A stretch of DNA of 30,654 bases from Pseudomonadota bacterium (GCA_043799015.1 JAZDOF010000888.1:1-30654), one strand, 5' to 3'. Shown: positions 1-7,106, numbered from the stretch's first letter. The notes: generated by a model from the letters alone, not told the origin. Program-made: numbers and translations.

Positions 1-30
1 GGTGTTCAAACCTCGACACTTTCCTACATG

Positions 31-47
31 GTGACAAAAATTGTCAC
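31..47. promoter_or_regulatory. Perfect 7-3-7 inverted repeat GTGACAA-AAA-TTGTCAC, possible operator or packaging-related site
   Basis: Dyad read directly from the sequence, 30 nt upstream of the ATG at 77. Function is inferred only. Confidence 0.4.
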
Positions 48-76
48 TTCGTTTTACGGGCCGAAAAGGATTTGAC

Positions 77-1324
77 ATGAGCAAAACGCCACCTGCAAAC
101 CTGCGCCTGGAGTGGCTTGACCCTATGACGCTAAAACCGAATCCGTCGAACTTCCGGCGCCATCCCGAGCAGCAAAAGAAAGTGCTCGCCGCGATGATCA
201 CGGAAGTCGGATGGGCCGGTGCGCTTTTGCTCAATGAATCCACGGGCCATCTCATAGACGGCCACGCACGACAAGAAGATGCCGTTGCCCGAAACGAGGC
301 AGCGATCCCCGTGCTTGTCGGCGCCTGGTCACTCGCGGATGAGCGCAAGATACTCGCAACCCTCGACCCCATAGCCGCCATGGCCGAGCAGGCAGATGAC
401 ATCTACCGGGAACTCATGGAAGGTGTCGAGACGGAGAGCGAGGATTTGCGGGCGTGGTGTGATGGGGTAATAGAATCCATGCAGCCCCAAAACCCTGCCA
501 CTAAATCCGATACAGCCGAAAAACCTTCAATCATCAAGTCGGCATCGCTCGATGACATCCCACCCACAAGCCAAGAGATGGAGGTCTTACAGCATAAGCA
601 ATTCCTCGTGGAGTATTCAGGCGGCAAAGATTCATCCGCTGCAACGCTATGGCTCAAACACTACTTCCCGCAAGCATCGGTAACGCTGCTTTTTGTGGAT
701 ATGGGAGCGGACTTTCCAGGCTTTCAACTCTTTAATCACGTATTTTCCGAGTTCATCGACTACCCGCTTCAAGTCTTACGTACACCAATCAGCCAAATAG
801 AATTGATGCTTCAAAAAGGCGATTGGCCCATGTTTGTTCATCCCTACTGTCACGGCATACTGCATGATGCGCTCGACGTTTACGTGCAGGGTTATTCAAG
901 CGAGGACATTGTGGTTGTGCGTGGCGGTCGAGTATCCGAAAAAGCCGGCCGGTCCAAGGCGCGCAAGACGCGCTTCATGGAGATTGACCGGCTGCCGGGA
1001 TATCGCTACTTCCAGCCCCTGTATTTTTCCGACAAGGACAGCAGTGAAGTCATTATACGGGAAACGCAAGCTCCGCTATGGGATGGGTATCTGCATGGTT
1101 TGCAACGCACCGCATGCCGCATTTGTCCAGGTCAAAAGCCGGGGGCTTACGCTGCAATTCGTGCGAATTATTCCGATACTTGGTCCGAATTGATGGAGTT
1201 GGAGCGGCGTTTTGGGCCGGGTTGCTGGTGGCAAAACGAGGACAAGACGGGACGGGGCGACTTCGCGAGCATGGCGGATCGAGGGCAGGCGAAGTTTGAA
1301 GAGGGGAGCTACCGTGGCCGATAG
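77..1324 (+). CDS. ParB/Srx-like N-terminal domain fused to a PAPS-reductase-family (PP-loop) domain; candidate DNA-modification enzyme
   Basis: Start moved to ATG 77 (RBS AAAAGGA at 64-70). The N-terminus LKPNPSNFRRHPEQQ...LIDGHARQ matches phage ParB-like domains. The C-terminus has YSGGKDS, GGRVSEK, FQPLYF and RTACRICPG, matching the SGGKDS / GxRxxES / RxGCxxCP pattern of the PAPS reductase/DndC family. Confidence 0.8.
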   Translation: MSKTPPANLRLEWLDPMTLKPNPSNFRRHPEQQKKVLAAMITEVGWAGALLLNESTGHLIDGHARQEDAVARNEAAIPVLVGAWSLADERKILATLDPIAAMAEQADDIYRELMEGVETESEDLRAWCDGVIESMQPQNPATKSDTAEKPSIIKSASLDDIPPTSQEMEVLQHKQFLVEYSGGKDSSAATLWLKHYFPQASVTLLFVDMGADFPGFQLFNHVFSEFIDYPLQVLRTPISQIELMLQKGDWPMFVHPYCHGILHDALDVYVQGYSSEDIVVVRGGRVSEKAGRSKARKTRFMEIDRLPGYRYFQPLYFSDKDSSEVIIRETQAPLWDGYLHGLQRTACRICPGQKPGAYAAIRANYSDTWSELMELERRFGPGCWWQNEDKTGRGDFASMADRGQAKFEEGSYRGR

Positions 1325-1333
1325 CCCCCTTTT
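1303..1333 (+). terminator. Possible intrinsic terminator between the convergent genes
   Basis: GGGGAGCTA-(10 nt)-TAGCCCCC followed by TTTT. The stem is imperfect and overlaps the stop codon at 1322-1324. Confidence 0.4.
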
Positions 1334-1337
1334 CCAA

Positions 1338-1733
1338 TCACCAAATAGGAATGACTTCAATCCCGGCGACTTTCAGCGCTTTTCCCGTGATGCCCCCCAC
1401 CGCGCAGCTCGGGGACATGCGGAACATGAAAGCGCGCGTCACGCCGTGCTCTTTCGCCATTTTGACGGCCGCGGCCGCGCCACGCCGGAACGTGATGGTC
1501 TTTTCCCGGCCAATGCGGGAGCGGGTTTCAGGATCGGTCTCAAACACTCGGCCCTTGATGGTCTTGACGGGCGGGCGCGGACACTTCAAGCCGCCGGCCA
1601 TTTCGGGGCAGATGGGCAAAACCTTGACGCCTCGAGCCTCCAAATCCTTGATGGCCTTGCTCTTGGGCGTGGGCCGTCCGTGCCATCGGCAGGTGACGCC
1701 ACAAGAGCAAGCCGAAGCTATAACTGTCTCCAT
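1338..1733 (-). CDS. DUF523 family protein (TudS-like 2-/4-thiouracil desulfidase, predicted [4Fe-4S])
   Basis: Motifs SACSCGVTCRWHG, ICPEMAGGLKCPRPP and MSPSCA match the DUF523 pattern SACLLGxxCRYDG / CPExxGGLxxPRxP / SPSCG. RBS GGAGGG lies upstream. Confidence 0.85.
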   Translation of the reverse strand: METVIASACSCGVTCRWHGRPTPKSKAIKDLEARGVKVLPICPEMAGGLKCPRPPVKTIKGRVFETDPETRSRIGREKTITFRRGAAAAVKMAKEHGVTRAFMFRMSPSCAVGGITGKALKVAGIEVIPIW

Positions 1734-2192
1734 TCATCCCTCCAGATTGATCGGGCTCGATGCGATCCTCAACACCCATTCCTCCAGCGAGCCGGGGTTT
1801 TTCAGCCCGTCGCCCGTCTCGGGGCTCTCCCAATAGGCGCGGACGAAGATCTCCATCACGGCCCGCTCGAAGTGGCTGAGCGCCTGGAGGCGCGCCAAGA
1901 AGTCTTTCGGCTCCACGTTCCATTTTTCGTCCGTCCGATCCAACTCCATGGAGTCGGCGGCGGACATAATGACGTGCTGCCCGGCGAGCTGCGGTGTAAG
2001 CATCGTGCCGTTGAACGCATCGATCAGGAGCGCGACTTCATTCCCGCTGAATTTCCCGCGCAGGTCCAGGAGCGTCCTGGCGTAAAGCGTCGGGAAGGCG
2101 TCGAGGATGTATTCGGCGCCGCTGGTTTTGTTGCGGCAGTTGGTTGTGAGCCACTTTTCGGTGGCTTCGCTGACTCGTGTTGTGATTTTCAT
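1734..2192 (-). CDS. Hypothetical protein, possible ribbon-helix-helix-like N-terminus
   Basis: 152 aa ORF with RBS GAGGAGG, tightly coupled to its neighbours (TAA-CCC-ATG upstream, TGA-ATG downstream). The N-terminus MKITTRVSEATEKWL has a strand-then-helix pattern like RHH proteins. Confidence 0.65.
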   Translation of the reverse strand: MKITTRVSEATEKWLTTNCRNKTSGAEYILDAFPTLYARTLLDLRGKFSGNEVALLIDAFNGTMLTPQLAGQHVIMSAADSMELDRTDEKWNVEPKDFLARLQALSHFERAVMEIFVRAYWESPETGDGLKNPGSLEEWVLRIASSPINLEG

Positions 2193-2195
2193 GGG

Positions 2196-2453
2196 TTATT
2201 CCTCCTCTTTCAGGATTCCGGCTTTTTTCAGATCAGTCTCGACGGCGTCGGCCAGGTTTCCGTCAAATGGCGCTCCATGATTTGCGGCCGTGAACCAGTG
2301 CCGCCGATTATTCGGGCAATCATCGCGGCATCCTCGGCCGCAACTGCATCCAGGATCGGTATAGTTGATCAGTTGCGAGCCGTGCTTCTTGGCGATTGCC
2401 GCCGCCTTGCGAGGCAAATGTCCGTATCCACACAAAAATTGATATTCGCTCAT
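2196..2453 (-). CDS. Small Cys-cluster hypothetical protein
   Basis: 85 aa, RBS AGAGGAG, motif GCSCGRGCRDDCP. Confidence 0.65.
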   Translation of the reverse strand: MSEYQFLCGYGHLPRKAAAIAKKHGSQLINYTDPGCSCGRGCRDDCPNNRRHWFTAANHGAPFDGNLADAVETDLKKAGILKEEE

Positions 2454-2466
2454 GATTTACTCCTCT

Positions 2467-2485
2467 GCCGGGATGGGCTCCCGGC
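2467..2485 (-). promoter_or_regulatory. 7-bp hairpin immediately 5' of the RBS of the 2453 gene
   Basis: On the minus strand, GCCGGGA-GCCCA-TCCCGGC is followed directly by AGAGGAG. Confidence 0.35.
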
Positions 2486-2498
2486 CGGCCATGGCTGG

Positions 2499-3266
2499 TT
2501 ATGCAACCCTAATCCCCCAACTTCTCCCGTTAGCGCCCTTCCGGTCTATCCATGCCTGGACCGGCGTGGAAGCGGGAACGATCACAATCACATGTCGTTC
2601 CCAATGGGTTTCAGCTCCACCGGAATACAGATTTCCTGTGTCATGGATGAGGGTGGCCTTTCCCGCGTACGTGCCATGAGCGGTCGCGCCCGCATTAACC
2701 TTTTTTTCGAAGAAGTGGAGTACGTGCAGTTCGTTATCCGCACTTTTGGGTCCGTCCGTCCTGGCGTACAGCCGCAGATAAGGTCGGAGGTTTCCCTTCC
2801 GGTCATGGTCCAGCTTAAAGATCCACAAGATCCGTTTCCCAACCAACTCTTCAGGTCGCACCCGCTCATTATCCAGTCTGGCGCGAATGACGAGCCCGAA
2901 AGGCTTCGAATCTCGATATCGCCCGCACACGACCGAGTCGCCATTTACGTGCATGAGCATGGGCAGCGTCCCGAGGAGGCTGACATACTTAAACTGACGG
3001 CCCCTTTCCGCCCTTCTGTGCACATACTTCTGCTCGTTCAGAATGGCGAGGCTTTCAGCGCGGTGCTCTTCGAAGTTCTCGCGCACCCAAACGGCGTCAC
3101 GGGCGTTCTTGGCTCGCCTGAATTCCTCTTTTTCAAAATCGGACATGGCGGCCCACTCCTCGTCCGTGTGGTGACCGATCAGGTTAATGTCCGTGGTTTC
3201 TTCTTTTTCCTCAGACTCCAGAAGGAACTCTTCAATGTCCTGAAATGCATTTCTCGATGGCTTCAT
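2499..3266 (-). CDS. Hypothetical protein with acidic N-terminus
   Basis: Start moved to ATG 3266 (MKPSRNAF..., purine-rich GAGAGGAAG upstream). The longer track ORF from 3467 overlaps the upstream gene. No family recognised. Confidence 0.6.
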   Translation of the reverse strand: MKPSRNAFQDIEEFLLESEEKEETTDINLIGHHTDEEWAAMSDFEKEEFRRAKNARDAVWVRENFEEHRAESLAILNEQKYVHRRAERGRQFKYVSLLGTLPMLMHVNGDSVVCGRYRDSKPFGLVIRARLDNERVRPEELVGKRILWIFKLDHDRKGNLRPYLRLYARTDGPKSADNELHVLHFFEKKVNAGATAHGTYAGKATLIHDTGNLYSGGAETHWERHVIVIVPASTPVQAWIDRKGANGRSWGIRVA

Positions 3267-3603
3267 TCCATTCTTCCTCTCTTTTTCGATAAGGTCCGGT
3301 GCCGTGATGACGATAAAACCCATATTTCTTAGCGACATCGTTGAAATGCCGCCAAACCCAGCGGACAAACCGACGGTAACCAACTTTCCCGCCCTTCTTC
3401 CCCTCGTACCATCGGTTACAGCGCTCGGCCTCCAGGGCGAGCAATTCAGTCTCCTGGATGCAGTCATCGCGGAAGGTGTGCCAGAGGGCCGGGAACCGCT
3501 TCATGACTCCGAGCCTGGCGATGGTTCTGTAGTCCACTGGCCCCTTGGGGACGCTCTTGGAGCGCCCCGTTCGATGCCTCCATTCCGTTGTGCGGCTGGC
3601 CAT
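3232..3603 (-). CDS. Hypothetical protein with weak resemblance to sigma-70 region 2
   Basis: 123 aa, TAA-ATG coupling to the upstream gene, RBS GAGGG. The segment DDCIQETELLALEA...YRRFVRWVWRHFNDVAKK loosely resembles ECF sigma region 2. Confidence 0.55.
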   Translation of the reverse strand: MASRTTEWRHRTGRSKSVPKGPVDYRTIARLGVMKRFPALWHTFRDDCIQETELLALEAERCNRWYEGKKGGKVGYRRFVRWVWRHFNDVAKKYGFYRHHGTGPYRKREEEWNEAIEKCISGH

Positions 3604-3963
3604 TTAAACCCTCGCGAAAATGGTTCCGTCCCATTCGTAATCAACGCCATTTTTCAGTTCGATGCATCGCGGTTCCACCATCATGGATGCCGTGCATACA
3701 ATCTTTCCCTTTGGCGTTTCCCATACCCTGAAGTCTTCTCCGTACTCATCGTGGGCGGCTTCCAGTATTGCCGAAAATGTCTGCCACAAGGGTTCTGCTG
3801 TGATAAGATTTTCATAGTTATCCGCTGTAGCGGGGATGTCGTTCTCGGTCATGAATTCCTCCACGGCCTCAATGAAATCGGAATCCTCGAATCCGTCTTC
3901 ATCGCGAATCTGGACTGTTTTTTCGATTCCGGTATTCCTGACTTTCAGCGTATACTCTTTCAT
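3604..3963 (-). CDS. Small acidic hypothetical protein, first gene of the leftward operon
   Basis: 119 aa, strong RBS GGAGGAGA, D/E-rich, directly downstream of the minus-strand promoter. Confidence 0.7.
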   Translation of the reverse strand: MKEYTLKVRNTGIEKTVQIRDEDGFEDSDFIEAVEEFMTENDIPATADNYENLITAEPLWQTFSAILEAAHDEYGEDFRVWETPKGKIVCTASMMVEPRCIELKNGVDYEWDGTIFARV

Positions 3964-4026
3964 GGTCTCCTCCGTTTCGGTCCATCTTCGCCCGTCATGG
4001 GCCGTTCAATCCTTCATGGTGATCTA

Positions 4027-4054
4027 ATTTTAACGATCTGCAAGCAAAAGTCAA
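4027..4054 (-). promoter_or_regulatory. Sigma70-type promoter TTGACT-N16-TAAAAT with upstream T-tracts (UP-element-like)
   Basis: Near-consensus hexamers on the minus strand, about 65 nt upstream of ATG 3963. A/T tracts at 4059-4073. Confidence 0.7.
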
Positions 4055-4123
4055 GCAGAAAAAAAGCAAAAAATCATCCCACGTCAAAAAAAGTTGTAAA
4101 CCGGCTCCGCGAAAGGATTTGCG

Positions 4124-4768
4124 ATGCTTGACGCCCCCAAAGTCAAACAGCGGATCGCCGATCTGGCCGCATCCTTCCGCGCGTGGGTGGACCTCACCGG
4201 CAAGGACAAGGCCAAGCTCACCAAAACGGACCGGTCCAAAATCACCGCCCTGGAAGACGATCTCTCCGCCATCCTGGAGCCCGAGCACCGTTCTGATTTC
4301 GTTACGGACGTGAACGGCATAGCCAGGTTCTTCGGGGTAACAGCCCGTTCTGTGCAGCTTTGGACGGCGAAGGGCTGCCCGAAGCTTAAGCACGGGCGCT
4401 ATGACCTCAAATTCGTCCATGAGTGGTGGATTGAGAATATCGCAAGCACCGGCAAAGACACCGAAGAGATTATCGAGCTGCGAAAAGAACACCTGCGATG
4501 GAAAATAGCGATAGATCGCATGAAGGCCGAGCAGACCAGGGGCGAATTGATCCCGCTCGAAGAGATATCCCCTGCATGGTGCGCCCGAATGGCGGCGGTA
4601 TCCAGCGGCCTCGACCAACTTGAATACCGGTTGCCGCCTCTCCTGGAGGGGCTGAGCCAGAACGATATGAGGCCGAAGATAGTTGAGCTCGTATGGAAGA
4701 TGAAAAACGCATTCTGCCAGACGGGCAAATTCACGCCCGCGAAGGATGGCAATGGCACAAAGAAATAG
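4124..4768 (+). CDS. terS: Terminase small subunit (Nu1-like)
   Basis: Winged HTH VNGIARFFGVTARSVQLWTAKGCP...YDLKFVHEWW, then a coiled coil and GELIPLEE. Overlaps the start of the large terminase gene. Confidence 0.85.
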   Translation: MLDAPKVKQRIADLAASFRAWVDLTGKDKAKLTKTDRSKITALEDDLSAILEPEHRSDFVTDVNGIARFFGVTARSVQLWTAKGCPKLKHGRYDLKFVHEWWIENIASTGKDTEEIIELRKEHLRWKIAIDRMKAEQTRGELIPLEEISPAWCARMAAVSSGLDQLEYRLPPLLEGLSQNDMRPKIVELVWKMKNAFCQTGKFTPAKDGNGTKK

Positions 4769-6728
4769 CGCCGTAGCTGAGATATCATGGCTGCCCGGCG
4801 AGCTCGAAGCCATGCGGCCCGCAGAGCGCACTCATCCCGCGGACTGGATCGAATGTCGGTGGCCCCTGCCTTCGGATTCGGCCATCAAGGGCTATTGCGA
4901 CCTGTCCATGATTCCTCAATTCCGCCCGGTTATCGAGGATTTCATGAATCCGGACGTGGATGAAATCTATCTATGCTGCTCGTCTCAGAGCGCGAAAACC
5001 ACGGTATGCCTTGCACTTTCGGCCTATGTGGCTCATCAGAAAAAATGGCCCGTGATATTCGTGCTCGCCGACCAACTCACGGCCGAGGATGAGATGAGCA
5101 CCAAGCGGGTGAAACCGGCCTTCGAGAACGATGAATACCTGTGCAGAGCTATCGATTATAGCCGGTGGACGAAAAACACTCGCGGGTTTCTCGGCGGGCA
5201 TGGCATCATATTCTCATGGGCTTCATCCGTCGCTCAAACCGCGTCAAGGTCAGCCGGGCTGGTAATCGCCGATGAAATCAACAAACCCGGTTATGATCCA
5301 TCGCCCGAAGAAGGCGATAAAATCCTCTACATCATCCAGCGCCTGGAAACCTATTGGGGAGCCACGTTCATCGGCTCATCGACTCCCACCACGGTTACCG
5401 GCAGAATCACGGCCATCGGCAATAGATCGGATGTTCTTCCATTCGACAACCACGTCCCTTGTCACAAGTGCGGCCAGAAGCAGCCATTGCGATTCTCGCG
5501 GGAGCACGCTTATGGCTTCGATGAGTGCAAATATCGCGGAGAAGATGGACGCCTCCACAATCTCGGTCAAGTGGTGTGGGAGGGCGGAAGAAAGGCCTCC
5601 ATGGCTCAGATCTATGAGACAGCTCGGTATGAATGCGGTGAATGTGGCGAGAAGTGGACTACGGCCCAGAAGAATCAGGCGCTGCAAGATATGATTGCCG
5701 TCCCGCGCCGGGAGCCCGCCGGGGAGCGTAAACACTGGTATCACAACGGGCGGCTGACTACCCTTTTCCAGGGGGGCCGGATTGAAAAGCTGGTGGCTGA
5801 CTTCGTGGGGATCGTGAATCAGGAGGGCGAAGACCGAAAGCGCCAGCTCGCAACGTGGTTTCAGAACGCGCACGCGGAGCCGTCTACCCAAAAAACCATG
5901 GAGCGTAAGGAATCCTCCATCCTCGCCCTTCGTGACGACCGCCCGCGCGGCCTCGTTCCATCCGAGGGCGTGCTCGGCCTTACGTGCGGGGCCGATACTC
6001 AGGACAACGGCTTTTATTACTACGTCCATGCTTGGGGCCGGCCGGTGGGTGGGAAGCTCGAAACATGGCTTGTTCGTGACGGCTTCGTCGAGACGCTCGA
6101 GGCCCTAGAGCAGATCATAACAGGCAAGTTCCAGGACGCGCAAAACGTGGATTACGTCGTATCCATGACCTTGATCGACGCCATGGGTCACAGAACGTCC
6201 GAAGTTTACGATTGGTGCAGGACGAAGGCCGATATCAAGCCAGCGCAGGGCGTCCAGCGCATGGCCACTCCATACCAAATCAGCATGCTCGAATTCTATC
6301 CCAACTCCACCCGGCAGATCCCCGGAGGGCTCAGGCTCTATCGGCTCAATTCGAACTATTACAAGGACGCCTTGTACGCCAAGATTGGCGTTGCTCCGGG
6401 AGATCCGGGAGCATTCCACGCCCATTCAGAGATCGGGGAGGACTACGCCAAGCAGATGACAGCCGAATTCATCAACGATCAGGGCTTTTGGGACTGCCCG
6501 GGCAATCGACCCAACCATGCTTGGGACGGCTCATATCTCGCCCTGGCAGCTGCCGACATCCTCGGCATTCAGCATTGGGGCGGAACCAAGCCCGCCTCGC
6601 AGCAGCAACAGCCGCGCCACGGACACCCGCAGGCACAGCAGAATTACCCGACGCCACAGGGCTCGGCTCAGGATAGGATTCATGAGGCATTACGAGGACG
6701 CACCATCAACCCATACGGGAGGCGGTAG
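4752..6728 (+). CDS. terL: Terminase large subunit (lambda GpA family)
   Basis: Walker A-like SSQSAKTT, Walker B LVIADE, STPT motif, Zn ribbons CHKCG and YECGECG, nuclease motifs LTCGADTQ, IDAMG and NHAWD. The start is 4752 (RBS GAAGGA) or 4746. Confidence 0.92.
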   Translation: MAQRNSAVAEISWLPGELEAMRPAERTHPADWIECRWPLPSDSAIKGYCDLSMIPQFRPVIEDFMNPDVDEIYLCCSSQSAKTTVCLALSAYVAHQKKWPVIFVLADQLTAEDEMSTKRVKPAFENDEYLCRAIDYSRWTKNTRGFLGGHGIIFSWASSVAQTASRSAGLVIADEINKPGYDPSPEEGDKILYIIQRLETYWGATFIGSSTPTTVTGRITAIGNRSDVLPFDNHVPCHKCGQKQPLRFSREHAYGFDECKYRGEDGRLHNLGQVVWEGGRKASMAQIYETARYECGECGEKWTTAQKNQALQDMIAVPRREPAGERKHWYHNGRLTTLFQGGRIEKLVADFVGIVNQEGEDRKRQLATWFQNAHAEPSTQKTMERKESSILALRDDRPRGLVPSEGVLGLTCGADTQDNGFYYYVHAWGRPVGGKLETWLVRDGFVETLEALEQIITGKFQDAQNVDYVVSMTLIDAMGHRTSEVYDWCRTKADIKPAQGVQRMATPYQISMLEFYPNSTRQIPGGLRLYRLNSNYYKDALYAKIGVAPGDPGAFHAHSEIGEDYAKQMTAEFINDQGFWDCPGNRPNHAWDGSYLALAAADILGIQHWGGTKPASQQQQPRHGHPQAQQNYPTPQGSAQDRIHEALRGRTINPYGRR

Positions 6729-6729
6729 C

Positions 6730-6948
6730 ATGATGCAGGATACGGTGCAGCGTCACGAGGAAAACAAGGAAGTTGTGGGGGGAATCAAGTCCGAGTATCG
6801 AATTAACGGCTGCGCTCCGTGCCCATTCTGTGAAGCCCCATGGGCTCCCGTGCGGAACGTGCTTCCATGGGCGGGGAATATGCGGGTGCGGTACCATGTT
6901 TGCCGGCGGTGCGGGAAGAGCTTCAAGAGCGTGGAGGTATTTTGCTAG
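6730..6948 (+). CDS. Small Zn-finger protein, Ogr/Delta-like (possible late transcription activator)
   Basis: Starts 1 nt after the terL stop. CPFC...RVRYHVCRRCGKSFKSVE has the CxxC...RYxxCxxCxxxF pattern of Ogr/Delta-like fingers. Confidence 0.65.
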   Translation: MMQDTVQRHEENKEVVGGIKSEYRINGCAPCPFCEAPWAPVRNVLPWAGNMRVRYHVCRRCGKSFKSVEVFC

Positions 6949-6958
6949 AATCTAGCAA
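6942..6958. promoter_or_regulatory. Perfect 7-3-7 dyad TTGCTAG-AAT-CTAGCAA upstream of the putative head-operon promoter
   Basis: Dyad read directly. Centred at 6950, about 54 nt upstream of the inferred transcription start. Confidence 0.5.
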
Positions 6959-6967
6959 TTTGCCCCC

Positions 6968-6997
6968 TTGATTTTTAAGCTTTTTCCCTTGTACCAT
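6968..6997 (+). promoter_or_regulatory. Putative promoter TTGATT-N18-TACCAT for the head/tail operon
   Basis: Hexamers lie in the AT-rich intergenic gap between the Zn-finger gene and the gpW-like gene. Confidence 0.45.
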
Positions 6998-7053
6998 ATC
7001 CTTGGAATCTCAATAGTGCTCTCCCGAGGGTGGCCACCCGACAGGGGACGCAG

Positions 7054-7106
7054 AATAAAAGGCGGTCGGTAGGGACCTACTTCTCTATCGTTCCGCCTTT
7101 TTTATT
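7054..7106 (+). terminator. Long hairpin with U-tract in the leader of the head operon (attenuator or bidirectional terminator)
   Basis: AATAAAAGGCGG pairs with CCGCCTTTTTTATT. An inner stem CGGTAG/CTATCG extends the hairpin. Confidence 0.55.

Noticed and set aside
41-76. Upstream starts given by the ORF track (41, 3467, 6517, 12787, 13405, 13704, 24866, 26292)
   Set aside because: Each overlaps an upstream gene or lacks an RBS. Downstream ATGs have a better RBS or stop-start coupling.
1731-1736. In-frame TGA-ATG junction suggesting selenocysteine or readthrough fusion
   Set aside because: The DUF523 gene has its own RBS (GGAGGG), and no convincing SECIS hairpin follows the UGA.
1212-3332. 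706 aa plus-strand ORF
   Set aside because: It is the in-register antisense shadow of four minus-strand genes that share one frame. It has no RBS, no motifs and low-information composition.
4060-4123. cos site upstream of terS
   Set aside because: No cosN-like dyad or repeated R sites could be recognised. The region is explained by the divergent promoter.
3304-4131. 275 aa plus-strand ORF
   Set aside because: It is the in-register antisense of the 3232-3963 genes and runs through the promoter region.
6580-6728. Gln/Pro-rich tail of terL as a separate element or microsatellite
   Set aside because: It is in frame and imperfect, and is best read as a disordered linker before the portal-binding end of a GpA-type terminase.
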